This document shows, piece by piece, positions 24,501-37,305 of a stretch of DNA of 64,000 bases. The stretch is taken from NCBI GenBank assembly GCA_040954595.2, contig CM082588.2, forward strand, positions 4,466,156 through 4,530,155, written 5' to 3'. The notes beneath the pieces are model-generated. The model made no database searches and was not told the DNA's origin. It was given only the letters and a program-made list of their open reading frames with translations. This DNA is from Balanoglossus misakiensis (taxonomy: Eukaryota; Animalia; Hemichordata). The number at the start of each line of letters is the position of its first letter. Position 1 is the stretch's first letter. Position numbers and translations under genes: made by a program.

Positions 24501-27500
24501 AGCATGTTTATCGAGTTCAATCTATATGCATCTGATGAGAAATGTGATGTCGATTTTTACTTCATCTATTTTTGTCAATTCTCATTCTCTGCGTGCTTGT
24601 GCTTCTTATATCATATTCCGTTTAATTATTTCATAGTTAAATAACAACACATGATCGCCAGAGATCGATCTGACACTGTGATGTCATTGGTCCCAGAGCC
24701 CAAGGTGACACTATCATGATGCCTGACTGAGACAATTCTGATCATGCGTTCCAAAGTGTATGCATGGCTAGAAATTTCCGACAACAGACTGTCCAGCAGG
24801 CAGTCATGGACGTGATAGAGCAAAGGTTGTGGACAAGGGACACACTCAGTCTGTCTCCCAAGCCATTTGTATACAATAGTCGATCTAGATGTTGACTGGG
24901 CCAATTACAAGAAACTGATTTTTTGTTTGTATTGGCAGATCATAATACCATGGTTACTAAAAATGCTGTAATAGGGAACTAAATCTCTCAGTTTAATCAT
25001 CTGGCAGTTTTAATAAGCCAAGTCCCACAATGCACCAGTACAGGAAATGGGTGATGTAGTTCATCAAAGAATGATGTAGGGTTGAAATGTTATATCAGGA
25101 CAGAAGTATAAATTAAATTGTAATTGCAGTATTTTTGTTCTATTTTGTATCTGTGACTAATTTTATTTTATTTTTTAATTTTTATTTGTAGCGTGGGTTG
25201 GCTCACTGACTGTAGGCTTAACATTCCTGTTATCACCTTTGGCGAGTATCTTAACGGACAAACTTGGCTGCCGCAAAACTTCTCTCATCGGTTCTGTTAT
25301 AGCTTTTGTGGGCTGCATCTCCAGCTCGTTTTCCCGGAAAATTGAAATCTTATTCCTGACTTACGGTATCATTCTGGGTACCGGTTTCTCATTGACCTAC
25401 ACGCCATCTCTTGTGATCCTCGGCCACTACTTCAAGAACCGGCTGGGTCTGGCGAACGGCCTGGTCACCGCGGGCAGTGGACTCTTCACGATCGTCATAC
25501 CCATCGCGCTGGAGTACCTGGTGAAGGCGGTCGGGCTTTGGAACACGTTGCGCTTCATCAGTGGGCTCGTCTTTCTCCTCATCCCGTGCTCGCTGACGTT
25601 CAAATCTCTGCTTCCCCCGGGGCTGAACTACGGCTCGACCAGCAACCTGCGAGTTTACAGCGGATTCAAGGGCTGGGTTGCTCGCTACGTCAATGTGCAT
25701 ATTTGGAAAATCAGGAACTATATTATCTGGTGTGTTGCAGTGCCCATTGGACTGTTTGGCTATTTTGTCCCCTTTGTACATTTGGTAAGTATTATATACT
25801 TATTTTACTAAATTGTTCATTATCAGGAAATTTTATTAAATGTGAAAATGACATATGTCAAAGACTGGACAAGTGACAAGAAAATGGGTAGACAATTGAA
25901 TATGCCATCCAACTTCAAGCTGTATCTGACAAAACATGAAACAGGTGTTACTAATATCATATTTCCTGTGAGATTTATCCGTTGTCTGATTAAACCTCAT
26001 GCAACACCAGTTAAGAGAATAAACCACAATGCATGTGTGAACTTTGGTCGTTCGCAATTTTTTGTATCCAGGACAACAGTTAATATCATAATCTACACTT
26101 CTGTTCACAATACTATGCAGTAAATTATTTAGTTGACAAAAGTTAATTTTAGTGAAATATTTACTAAAATGTGGACTTTTTTCATGGTGTGATTTGATTA
26201 TATCTGATTTATCAAAATGTTAATATGGACTTCGACTTGGATTATCAGTTAGTGTTCAAATGTATTGGACTTTCTAAATGGCTGACTGGAAGAGTTTCTT
26301 TTGAGATTTTCATGTTTTGGGTAATTTTGATGAAATTTGAATTGGTTTGATCGTAGAGATGTTCAATGGAACAACAATTTTGATTTGAATTTGAACAAAA
26401 CTTTGGCGATGACTCATCTTGAGTGATGGGTGAAACCACAGTTCCTGAAGAATTAAGTGTATAGAAATTCTGAACAAATACAAGACAAGTGTACTGACAT
26501 GTATTTTCGAGTGTTTGTGCAAATCCTGTGGGAATCATTATCTCAAGGAGAACAGCAGTATCAACTGTAACAGTTTGCCTAAAGTTTTATCCGTCAATTC
26601 AAAAACCATGTAAAGATATGATTACCTGGGAGAATGTTGATTCAGTGATATCGGTAAACCTCTAGTCAGCAGAATTAATAGGCTTATTTGTTCAAAACTC
26701 AAAATAGATATAAACTTTGTACAGAATAGTCAAAGTCGGTTCAAAGGCTGATAAAGCCTTTCACAAAACCCCCAACCCCCTCCCCTCCCCCCCAATTTCA
26801 AGTGTGTGGATGGACCTGAGTCGATCTATTGCAATGTCAGGTGAACCACAATGCAGACTGGGAGGGGGGGGGGTCACCTCGGATTGGGGCGCATAATTCT
26901 ACATGTATGCTGTGGTGTGTATGGCATACATAACTAGTATGCAGGGCCAACAAATGTATAGCAGCTAGGTTATGAAGGGACATTTTCCATCAAGGTACTA
27001 GGTGGAAACAGTGGAAAATTCCTTCTTTCATATCTGCAGCCCAGTTTTGATATGCTGTACGCAAGGTCATCGAATGTGATAGAGCAGACAGACTGATAAA
27101 TCAGCTGACTGTCACTTGATTGGCTAAAGTATATTCTGGGTCATACATTTGAAATAAAGACCTTCAGCCAGAAAAGGGCCATGAAAGATTCCAGGCTATC
27201 TGTACACAAATATGCAATGTTGATAAGCTAGATACTAGGCATATTTTGTACCTCGAGGAATTGAATAAGAAATTTCAATTCAGTTCAAAACTAGTGAAAC
27301 AATAATATTTAATAGAGTTATGGAGATTCAAATAAGTAATATGAATTTCATGTGCTACCTATATGCAGGATTTTTGTGTTTCTCAGATAACTGCAGACTT
27401 TTGTTCAATATAAGGATTCCAATGGGGTTAACATACTTTTTAAAAATGTAATCTGAATAAGAATGATTTGATTATTGCCCCTAAGCTTATAATTGGATTG

Positions 27501-29019
27501 TACCACATTTTATCAGATGTTATGGAATCCTACATAATCTATAACCATTCAAACAGTAGCTATCTCGTTTAGGGTGGAGCAGATTGATTTGTGATAACTT
27601 GAACAGTAATGCAGTAACCTATCAGTTGGAGAATTAGATTTCTTTGTTTCTGCTCTGTTTTATGTAAACCTTGCAATTGTGTTTTCAATATGCATCAGAC
27701 TAGTACATCAATCTTTGGGCCAATAAAATTTAATTCTTTTATTGCACATCCCTGCACTTTGTACAATTATCAAATATTTGATTTTGGTCTAAGAAGCACA
27801 CTGACAATTGTTTTGATATAGGTGACTGTGAGTACATTATATGTGTGTAAATATAACCCACAGATTTTAGATACACAATTGTAATGCTACTCAATTTCTT
27901 TTCCATAGTAACGCCATTTCTTTATTCTTTGACAGATCAACCATCTGAAGAATGTTTTGCCAGCAGCGAACGGCGCAGTCCTGATAGGAGCGTTGGGAGC
28001 AACATCGATGGTCGGTCGATTGGTGTTCGGCAAAGTAGCGGACATTCCCCGGGTCAATCGCATCGTCCTGCAGCAAGTGTCCTTCCTGGCCATCGGCGTC
28101 ATCAGCACGCTCATCCCCATCGCCGCCTCGCACTTTGCCAGTATCATGTGCGCGGTTCTAGTCATGGGCATCTTCGACGGTTGTTTTGTGTGCATGATGG
28201 GGCCGGTGGCTTTTGATATTGTTGGTGCTGAGAATGCCTCCCAGGCGGTTGGCTTCATTCTGGGTATCATGTCGATACCACTGACTGTGGGACCCCCTGT
28301 TGCAGGTGAGTTTCCATTTTTATATTATTTTAAATGTTTGGTTTAATATTAATCATGTGCATGTATTTCATTCATTCTTTGGCTTCACTGGTTTGAATGC
28401 TCAGTGATATTCCGTGGTCGATTTTGACATCCTCTGCCGTTCATAAGAAAAGACCACAGCTGTTTACAGGCAAAGAATTATCCCCCCCCCCCCCCCCCCG
28501 CAGCGTTACATTAGTGTATTTAGCGCCCTCAATCTCATGAATAATTCTTTTGTTTTTACAGGTCTGATCTTTGATATGACGGGATCATATAATATAGCCT
28601 TCATGTTAGCTGGAGCACCGCCGATCATAGCGGCGTGCATCCTGTTCCTGATAAGGCCTGTTGAGCACATCACCCATATGCCGACGACAGAACCTCTGGA
28701 ATACTTACAGGTTTCCCGGGAAGATCTCCTGAGCATTGACACCGACACCACCAAGAGGTGGGAAATCCGGCATCATCTGTCGCCAGCGCCAAGCCACGAC
28801 AATCTTCTGCATATTAACGGTGGCATCAGCCATGCCGATAAAAAGACTGCAAACGGTATTGGAGAATCACACCACCACAATCACCACCACCACCACGGCC
28901 ATGAACTTGCTGCGAAGTTAATTAAAACGCTCAACGGTCACGTCGCTGCGGGAGAGACATCGCATCAAGCTGAAGAAGACGAAATGCTGTTGGTCTTTGA
29001 CAGGGTCACTGTGGTTTGA
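18540..29019 (+). CDS. SLC16A10: Monocarboxylate transporter family SLC16, MCT10/MCT8-like (aromatic amino acid / iodothyronine transporter clade), about 551 aa
   Basis: Exons 18540-18774, 25192-25784, 27936-28305, 28562-29019, phase consistent. Motifs PPEGGWGWVV..SFWTNGTIFGILNSFG, YTPSLVILGHYFKNRLGLANG, FGYFVPFVHL, GRLVFG, FDGCF, GPPVAG. The symbol marks the SLC16A10/SLC16A2 clade, not one-to-one orthology. Confidence 0.9.
23572..23660. mobile_element. Short MITE-like element with imperfect inverted ends
   Basis: Left AACCCTTTCACCACCATGGTT versus reverse complement of right end AACCCTCTCACCCCTGGTTT; TTAA on the left only, so no clean TSD. Confidence 0.5.
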
Positions 29020-29476
29020 TTGGAGTTGTACACACGCTTGGTGGTTGCATGTCTTTTAATACACCATGCATGAACATTAAATGGTTAATTGTCAGCCAGT
29101 TGTTGTTCTATTTTCTTTGGACAAATTGGAAGAGATTAATATATATAGAAATATGTGTTGAGAGTAAAACACCTTTACCTGCTTGTAAAAACTACACTGC
29201 CACGAGCAGAGTGTTATTTTAGGGGATCATTACAGAATTTTAAAAAGGCTGTAAAAATGATGTGCAATCATTTTACAAATAACTGCACAAGAAGCACAAA
29301 TGAAGGCAGCATTTTAATGACCACAAAAAGTGGTACATGTAATTATAGTCTGATGTTTGACACTGCATGCATAGATATATGAGCAGGCTGAGTTCTACTC
29401 AATAATAGTGTGTGTATGGGATTTAAAAAAAGTCTTAGCCAATTTATTAACAGCTAAATTAAGGAAATTTATTTAT

Positions 29477-29651
29477 TCAACCAATAGCTAGCTGGCACAT
29501 GAATGACATACATTGTACCCAATAGAGGGATGTACACCAGTTAGACTATGCAAAATTATGCATAACTCAACCAATAGCCAGTTGCTATGCAAATGGTATT
29601 GATTATGCAAATGGATTCATCGTTCAACCAATAGCCTGCTGGCATGCTAAT
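29477..29651. repeat. Degenerate tandem repeat containing CCAAT and octamer motifs in the SLC16 3' region
   Basis: TCAACCAATAGC at 29477, 29567 and 29624; ATGCAAAT at 29587 and 29605; ATGCTAAT at 29644. Confidence 0.6.
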
Positions 29652-31783
29652 GAATGTTGAATAGGGATGAATATTGCAACCTTCGTGATTTTACAATCAG
29701 GGTATAAGATGATCAGGGCATTACATGGCTCTTCAGAACTAATATATCCCCCAAAAGGCTAAACAGAATTGTTATACTGGTTTAATTGACCTGTATAAAT
29801 TTACATTAAAAGTAGTCATAATGACATTTGCTGTTTCAGAAATAGACCTAATTAGCATTTACCTGAAGACATACAGATGAAAGACAAGCACAGTTATTTT
29901 TACTGTGTTCTGTTTAAGTTAGCATACACAGTACTAAGTGTGTGGCGATTGTAGTGATTTTTGATGAAATCAAAACATTGGTGCTTTTTATCACAACTTC
30001 TCCATTTTACCCTTGGGAGTGTCAATATCGATCTCTCCACCTTGAGAATAATCTGTGGCTAAGAAATGTATTACAAGAAGTACTTGTAAAATATATGCAA
30101 CTTAGCATGTTTGAAAATATTAATCAGTTAGGGCATTGGTATTTCACGATTCTTATGGTATAGCTTCTCTTTCCACCAATCATAGATGGAACAGTAAGGA
30201 AAGGTCGAAGTAACCTTTGACCTCAGGCTATCTCCTCAGAGGAATGTACTTTGGGAAATTGTATGCACAATGTTCAAACTCTGGGAATTGTTTTTAAAAT
30301 GTCGATATTTACATTTGCCGTATTTCGTCAAATCGTGTGAGATTTCTGTGGTGAAAGTTGGTTATGTGATGTCTACATTGCATGTAAACAGTAATTTGCT
30401 TTGAAGAGAATTTGTTTCAAAGGTGTTTTCTTTTTCCCCTGCTTAGCAAGTGAAGAAAGTGAAGCATTTTCATTTGCAATTTCAGGAGAACACATTCAGT
30501 CTTAGCTTTGATACTGTAGTCTCTGAATTCCCCAAATATAGCTTTCTCAGAATAATTCTTGTGGCTTTCTTCATTTTTAACAAACTATATGAGGTAAAAC
30601 TCGTCAATCTTCTAAGAATGGAAGTTGATCAGACCGTTCCATTGAGTATTGGTGTGGGATAGGTATTGAAGGACTGTTGGGGTAGAGGTGAGGATAAGCT
30701 TTATCAGGGAAACAGGTCGTTTTTTGAAGAGTTCAACCCCAGTGTATTCACTGTAGACTTTTGACAAAGGTCTTTCCTGTACTGGATTTCCATTCTTATA
30801 TTCACATCTCAATCTATACAAACTTTTACTCAACTTTTATTTTTGTAATGAAAACTTGGCTTCACATCCAAAATGATACATAGTCAGTTCTGTATGTTAA
30901 GAATGAAATGTTGGATAATTTGAATGTTTGTTTGCTACAGCAAATGTGTGTAAATTTTAAAGTGTTTATTTTAGCATGGATACATTCAGGGGAGCAATGG
31001 TCTACCCATGACCCGTCTGTGGCTCAGTTGGTCTTAAAATGTAACTCCAGTTCTTTTATGAATAAATTATGACGTTTTAACCATATCAGAGTTGATTATG
31101 TCTGTTCCAGCCAACTTCAGATTTTGTGTGTTCCTGCTAACTTCATTGGAAGTCTGAATCTATGTATGTCGTATATGTACATCATGGTGGATGGAAAGAT
31201 GTGTATTTCGTTGGACAATATACACTGTACTATATTTGTAGTACATGTACATTGCCTTGTACGAGTTGTTAGTCTTAGAGCGCCCTCAAAGAGTGACCTA
31301 AACCATGACTTTTGTCTTTAGGGATTTTTTCTGACGTTCTAACACGCGAGTTGCGAGATACCGAATTTGATAACCCATTGCCATGCGTGGGTCTCTCTAC
31401 ATCCACACAGGTACTTACATAATGCAAATACACATAAAACGACCAAAACACTTCATATCAGGTGCAGTCACTGAGACACAAAATTCACTCGATTGACTGA
31501 AAATGAAAATATTTATTTTTATTACAGTGAAACACTACAAGCTTGCATGGACCAAGTAGATTTTGACCTGGCCAGCTAATATAATAATAACTAGCAGTCT
31601 CATTGTGGTAAAAAGTTGTTATCATCTATCTCTTTCACACAGGTAAGACCATAGGTTTATTCTACCTTACAATCTTAAAATTGACTGTTTTGAAAATTGT
31701 ATAAAAATCACACGAGATTGCTTGTCAAGAATTCTGTCATAATCTATTATACCCTGTGGCTGCCAACATTCACTGGAGAATGA

Positions 31784-34700
31784 TTAAAATGGGTGTTGCT
31801 TTTGCGGAACACATGGTTGTTCTGGAGCAAGGAAGGTAATGCGTCCCTCCAGACCAGTTATGATTGGGGATGTGGCCTCGATATATTCTATCAGTATGTC
31901 AGCGTCCAAATCACCTAAAAATAAAATAATAAAACATCAAATCAGGTCCAATAATCAATATCATGGAAGGTAAGCTAATTACCAGGAAGGAATGAAAAGG
32001 CAGTAGTTACAAAAATGTTAACATGTCCTAGGCTTAAAACTGCAAGCATGTATGATAAAGCACGCTGGCAAGGACATGGCAAACCATGCCGTTGTCGATT
32101 TCGAGGTGAAGCGCCCTCATAACTCATCTGACCCATCGATACAATGACATGTGACATGGTATCGTACAGGAACATATACAACGTTGGGTTTGCCTACCTG
32201 GAATGTGATAGGAAAGTCTCTCATCCACGATCATATCGTACCCATCTCCGCCACCAGCCATGAATGTTGGCAGGACCATTTTGTATACGGCGTTGAGGTC
32301 AAGTGGGAAAAATTCCGGAACCATGCACGCCGAACATTTAGCGTACACTTTCACAACACGTTGTCCAACTGGTTTTTCGAGGTCAAAGGTCACTCTCAAT
32401 CCTACAAGATGAAAAAATTGTGTTGATATTTTTATGATTTCCGTCTTATAAATATCCGTTAAAATTTTAACTTGTTCAGCTGTTAATTATAAATTAGGAG
32501 TAAATGTATATGTATTTCGAATGTCTATAAGCATTGTAAAAATTCAGATACTAGTAGTTCAATTGGTAGCCAGGGCAACAGAAGTTTATCTTACCCGAGA
32601 CTTGTATGAATCGGCCGTGTGGATCCTCAGGGGTGTACATAGATACAGAGTTCTCCAGCATCTTCAGAATCGTTGATCCATATATTTCCACTAAGTCATA
32701 CGTTTCTTGGTAAGGCAACACTTGCATTACATCGCCGACACTTATTGCCTCTGAAGAAAATTGAAAATTGCAAGGCAGTCAATAACACAACTTGATTCCG
32801 ATCGTTCGAGTTTGATCAATAATGTGCGGATCAATCGCTCGGGAGACTAATTGATTGGTTGGATTGACAAGTTAATTGTTTGCAATAGGTCGAGTCATAT
32901 TGAAGAACTTTCACTATAGACATTAGCGTCGGCTTCAAAGGCAAAAATGAGTTGTTTCCAATCACCCTCCCCAATAGCCATGACTAGAAACAGTTTTATT
33001 TTTTTGGCTTAAACAATGTCTGTAGCGGGAATACATACTTGGGCCTTCTATCGAACTTCGTATCCCTCCGCTGTTCATGACGGCGATGCTGACGTCACTC
33101 CACTTCGTCTCATCCGGGTGCTTCATGTTCTGGTGTATCATGGCGTCGGTGATGAGGTTTCCGATGTTGCACTCTTGCATGCGACAGGCCGGTCGAGTCC
33201 CGTCCAGAAACACCCGGGTTTTACCGATCTCTTCATAGTTCAAGGCTTTGATCGGGATTGCCCAGTGCTCAATATCTTCCAGTGTCTCCTCGTCTGTAAC
33301 AAGAATTAACACCATGATAAACGTTTAATTAATACTGTAGGATATATGTGATGATACATCGTTATCCTTTCCTTTAGATGTCTCAGGGCCAGGGCGATCA
33401 TTCCAAAATATATAGGCATATATAGGCAACGTATATAATTATTTCGAATAGATCTTACTCAGTTGGAACACAAGTCTGAAATTCAGTTCGAAATTTAAAA
33501 TCTACGAATGTATTTCCCTACCTTGTTCGACAGTGTTATCCAAAAGTATAGGATTTCCACCCCATGACGTAATATCACCCTCGTCATCAAAGGTGACCGT
33601 CAAATGACCGAGATACTTTCCAAAGGCGTAGTCCTGGACGACCAATACATTTTTCTCCGGGTTGGAAACCGGGTGGCATACAACTGGATATTCGTCGTAA
33701 GGTTCTTCGTTTGAAGGCGGTTCTCCTGGAATATGAAAATCCTAGAATTGCATGAACTGTTCAGTTTAAATTTTAAACTTCAAAATACAAGGCGTGGTGG
33801 AGAATTATTTGTACGTCTTGTCCTATTATGCCTTTGTTATGGAAGGAAATGCGGAGTTCACCAATATAAGCGCAAAGATCGCAAAATTGTCAGACATGTC
33901 ATGTATATGGTTTGATCTAACTAGATAGCGGGGCCAGATTCCCCTGTGGTTCAAACAACCCTTGCTCATGTATGTATGTTTGAAATGACAAACCTTAGAC
34001 CCACCTGTATACAGGAAGGTATTGGTATGTCCACCAACGACGATGTCGATCCCGTCCACTTGTTCTGCTATCTGTCGGTCGACCCCAATCCCAGCATGTC
34101 CTATGGCAATGATCTTGTTGATTCCCTGTGCTTTGAATTTCTCCGCTTCGGCACGGATGGACTCGATCTCTGAGTTAAATATTAGTTTCCCTGTAGGTGG
34201 AAATAGACCATTTTCCAAACCCCACGATATTGTGCGAGAGCTCGCGTGGCTGGGTAGTTTATTATTATTTAATGATCAAAACATGAAGAATTTTTTTTAA
34301 TACTACCTTAATGAAGAAACATACCTGTTGCCGCTAGACTAGGCGTCTCCGTTGTTGTGTACCCGATTATACCAACGATTTCACCACCAGGCAATGTGAC
34401 TTTTGTCGACTTGGAGAAGAGTCCGTCCAAACTCGGCTCGAAGCTGGCGTTGATGTTCGAGCTCAATACAGGGAACGTGACGTTTTTCAGGAACGGAACC
34501 ACGCCGTCGATGTCGTTGTCGAATTCGTGGTTTCCCAGTGCCTGGTGGAAGAGTGGAACAGGGTTGATTTAAAAATAGAGAGGGCCACTCAGCTGCAATA
34601 AAAAAGCAGTCGCCGTCGGAAAATTGGCGAGGAGGAGAGAGATGGAGATAGGGGGTTTGAATGTAAAGATACAGAGTATTTCTGTTCTCCATAGTACCAT

Positions 34701-35329
34701 TGCCGTAGGGTGCTTCTGACAGTGATCTCACTCCATACCCTGACTTACCATTGCATCGTAGCCGATCATTTGAGTGAAATGTGCCGCAGCTTTGCCTTTA
34801 TAATAATAGAACCAAAGGGTGCCTTGAAATTGGTCCCCACCGTCGAGCAGCAGTACGTTCTCGTGGTGATTTCTCATCTCTTTAACTTTGGTGACGATTC
34901 GGGCACTGCCGCCGTAGCACTTTCCTTCGAGCGCCGACTCGTCACTGCAGGTGCCGCCGTATTTATTGGCCTGCATGAAACGAGCGTGGATGTCGTTCGT
35001 GTGCAGGACCGTTAACTCCAAGGAGGCTGGGTAGAGAATGCGAGAGTAAAATGTTAAAGTTCCACTGTTTGTAACTTTTGGCTATTTTTACCAGTATGTT
35101 TATTCTGTGTAGCAACGTGTCTTGACATTCTAGTACAATTTGCACTTACAATCTTTCCTGAGGCTATCAAGTGCGCATAAACAACCGTCCAGCGGGACAC
35201 TAACTGTTGAAAAGGGATGTGGAACTATTACAGGCGAACAACAATGTATGCATAACGTTGGGACTTACCAACCAAGGGCGAGTATGTGCCAAGCACGGCA
35301 AACAAGATGAGAGCTATCGGTCTTCCCAT
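31784..35329 (-). CDS. NT5E: Ecto-5'-nucleotidase (CD73-like) copy 1, about 563 aa, catalytic motifs intact, no evident GPI signal
   Basis: Exons 35329-35269, 35026-34749, 34541-34325, 34190-34005, 33725-33522, 33293-33039, 32750-32595, 32401-32198, 31914-31784. Signal peptide MGRPIALILFAVLGTYSPLVAS; motifs HTNDIH, DGGDQFQG, GNHEFD, IGHAG, GGHTNT, CRMQECN, NSGGIRS, GGDGY; ends ...EQPCVPQKQHPF*. Confidence 0.93.
34202..34254. repeat. Dispersed repeat end, second copy at 54598-54650
   Basis: Both copies start AATAGACC and, 33 nt later, carry CGAGA(G/T)CTCGCGT(G/T)GCTGGG; probably one end of a non-autonomous DNA transposon. Confidence 0.5.
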
Positions 35330-36930
35330 GATGATGCGGGTCCTCTTCTAGATTCTGCACGTTGCAATGCAATAGCTCTGTTCCAGATGATATTCTCCGG
35401 GCAATGCAACACACAAAGTTCTCCCCAGCCCCTTTTAACGTTCACATTTACTCGTTAGAAATAACAGTGCATTGCTATTGGTCGAAACATGTATTCAAAC
35501 TGTCTTTTTCTGGGATGGTCTATGACAATTGGTCTACAGACCTTTTGCACACTGTCCTATGTTGCAGTGACGGGGTTCATGCATACGTGGCAAATTTTGT
35601 AGATGGTACAATTACAGAGTTTTCCGAGTTCGCTTCTGAGATCTAGGGTCTGTAGGGTTCTGTAAGAGTCTTCAATCAGACATAAGATCCCACTAAGGTA
35701 TAATCCATAACCGTCAAGGAAAGTGGTCACACATTAAAAAACTAATTTCCTTTACGGCCACGGGTCGACAGGAACTGGTTACTTTGAGAGAATTATTACA
35801 GGTGTTTCAGTATTGGTCACTAAAATTTACACATTCGGGAAGGGTCGACTAGATATTTTAGTGCCAATGCAATGTTTTGATGATCGATAGCCAAATTGTT
35901 TTCCTCACATAAATTTCAAAATTATCAGGTTAACAAAACACATACATGTACACACTCTTTGTCTGTGACTGTTTTATGAGATGCAGACCAACATTTTCTA
36001 ACACAAGGTATTTCAATAGGGCGCTAAAATAGAAAAAAACATATAATGAACAAATGAATTATCAGCTCAGGGACATTGCAGCATAATTCTGAGGGTAGAA
36101 GCTATTTTTGAACAATACAAATTTTGAGTCAACAGACTGACTCTACAGATGCTATAACCCCAGTATTTTGCCCACCCTTGTGTTAACACATATTGTTCTG
36201 TTTACATTTGAGTGTAACTTTAGAAGATTCGCATCAATTACTTTGCCAGCTCGCAAAGAGTAATAGACGAAGCTAAAATGTATCATCTTTGAAGATGATA
36301 CAATTCAGGCACCTAAGTGGCCTTTCATTTTTAGGTCTTTCGACCTCATGTTGTGGCTCACTGAATCCAACAGTATAGTCTAACATACCAATGTTTGTTT
36401 GCATACGACGGCGTGGCGAATCCATCACTTTTATTTTGGCATTTTAAAATGGGGCGAAATTAGCTCTCAATGGAAGATCCACGGGTAGTGTAGAATTTCA
36501 AACCAATAAATTATACAGCGCAACAAAGAGGTCAGTAATACACGCAATTTTGGCAGGCTGTGAATGAAAGGTGTTTACCGCAGAACTATGATGAATCGGC
36601 TTCAGGTCGAGAATCGCCCTACACTGTCAGGACAGGGCCAACTCAGTTTATGCAACGTGGCTTAGGCCTAATGAGACGATCTGGTCACTGTCCAAGTGAA
36701 GTGTATGTACATGTATATGCTAAACAGGCGTGTGTCGATTATCATAAGGTTTTAAATCATTCTCCTGGCATATCAGCATTGTTTCTGTGAAAGAACCGCC
36801 ATATCAGAAACGTCACGTGACAAAGAGAGTAGGGTTAAAATTTCAATTTAATATTTCCGCAAAAAAGCCCATAAAACGAAAGACTAAAATCACAAAACCT
36901 CATTATACAATTACCTCTTTATACACAGAA

Positions 36931-37016
36931 CTCTCTCTCTCTCACTCACTTACTTACTCACTCTCCCTCCCTCTACTCCGTCTCCCCTTTCTCGCTCTAT
37001 TTCTCTCTCTCTCTCA

Positions 37017-37047
<31 letters not shown>

Positions 37048-37050
37048 CGT

Positions 37051-37085
<35 letters not shown>

Positions 37086-37160
37086 GTCACACACACACCC
37101 ACTCTCCCATCTCCACTTAATATGTTGGGTTCTCTCTCGGTCTCTCTCCCGTCCCACCCT
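36931..37160. repeat. Compound (CT)n/(CA)n microsatellite
   Basis: Direct reading of the sequence. Confidence 0.95.
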
Positions 37161-37305
37161 CCCTCTCTCCCCCTTCTATCACTGTTTATGCTTGTGTGTC
37201 TGAATATATATATGCTACCTGTACCACCATACTTTACACACACGTGTACATATACACACACAAACACGTACACAGAATACTTACTAAGCTAAATAAAAAT
37301 TCTCA

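Noticed and set aside
31018-31050. tRNA A-box-like TGGCTCAGTTGG
   Set aside because: No B-box or cloverleaf follows
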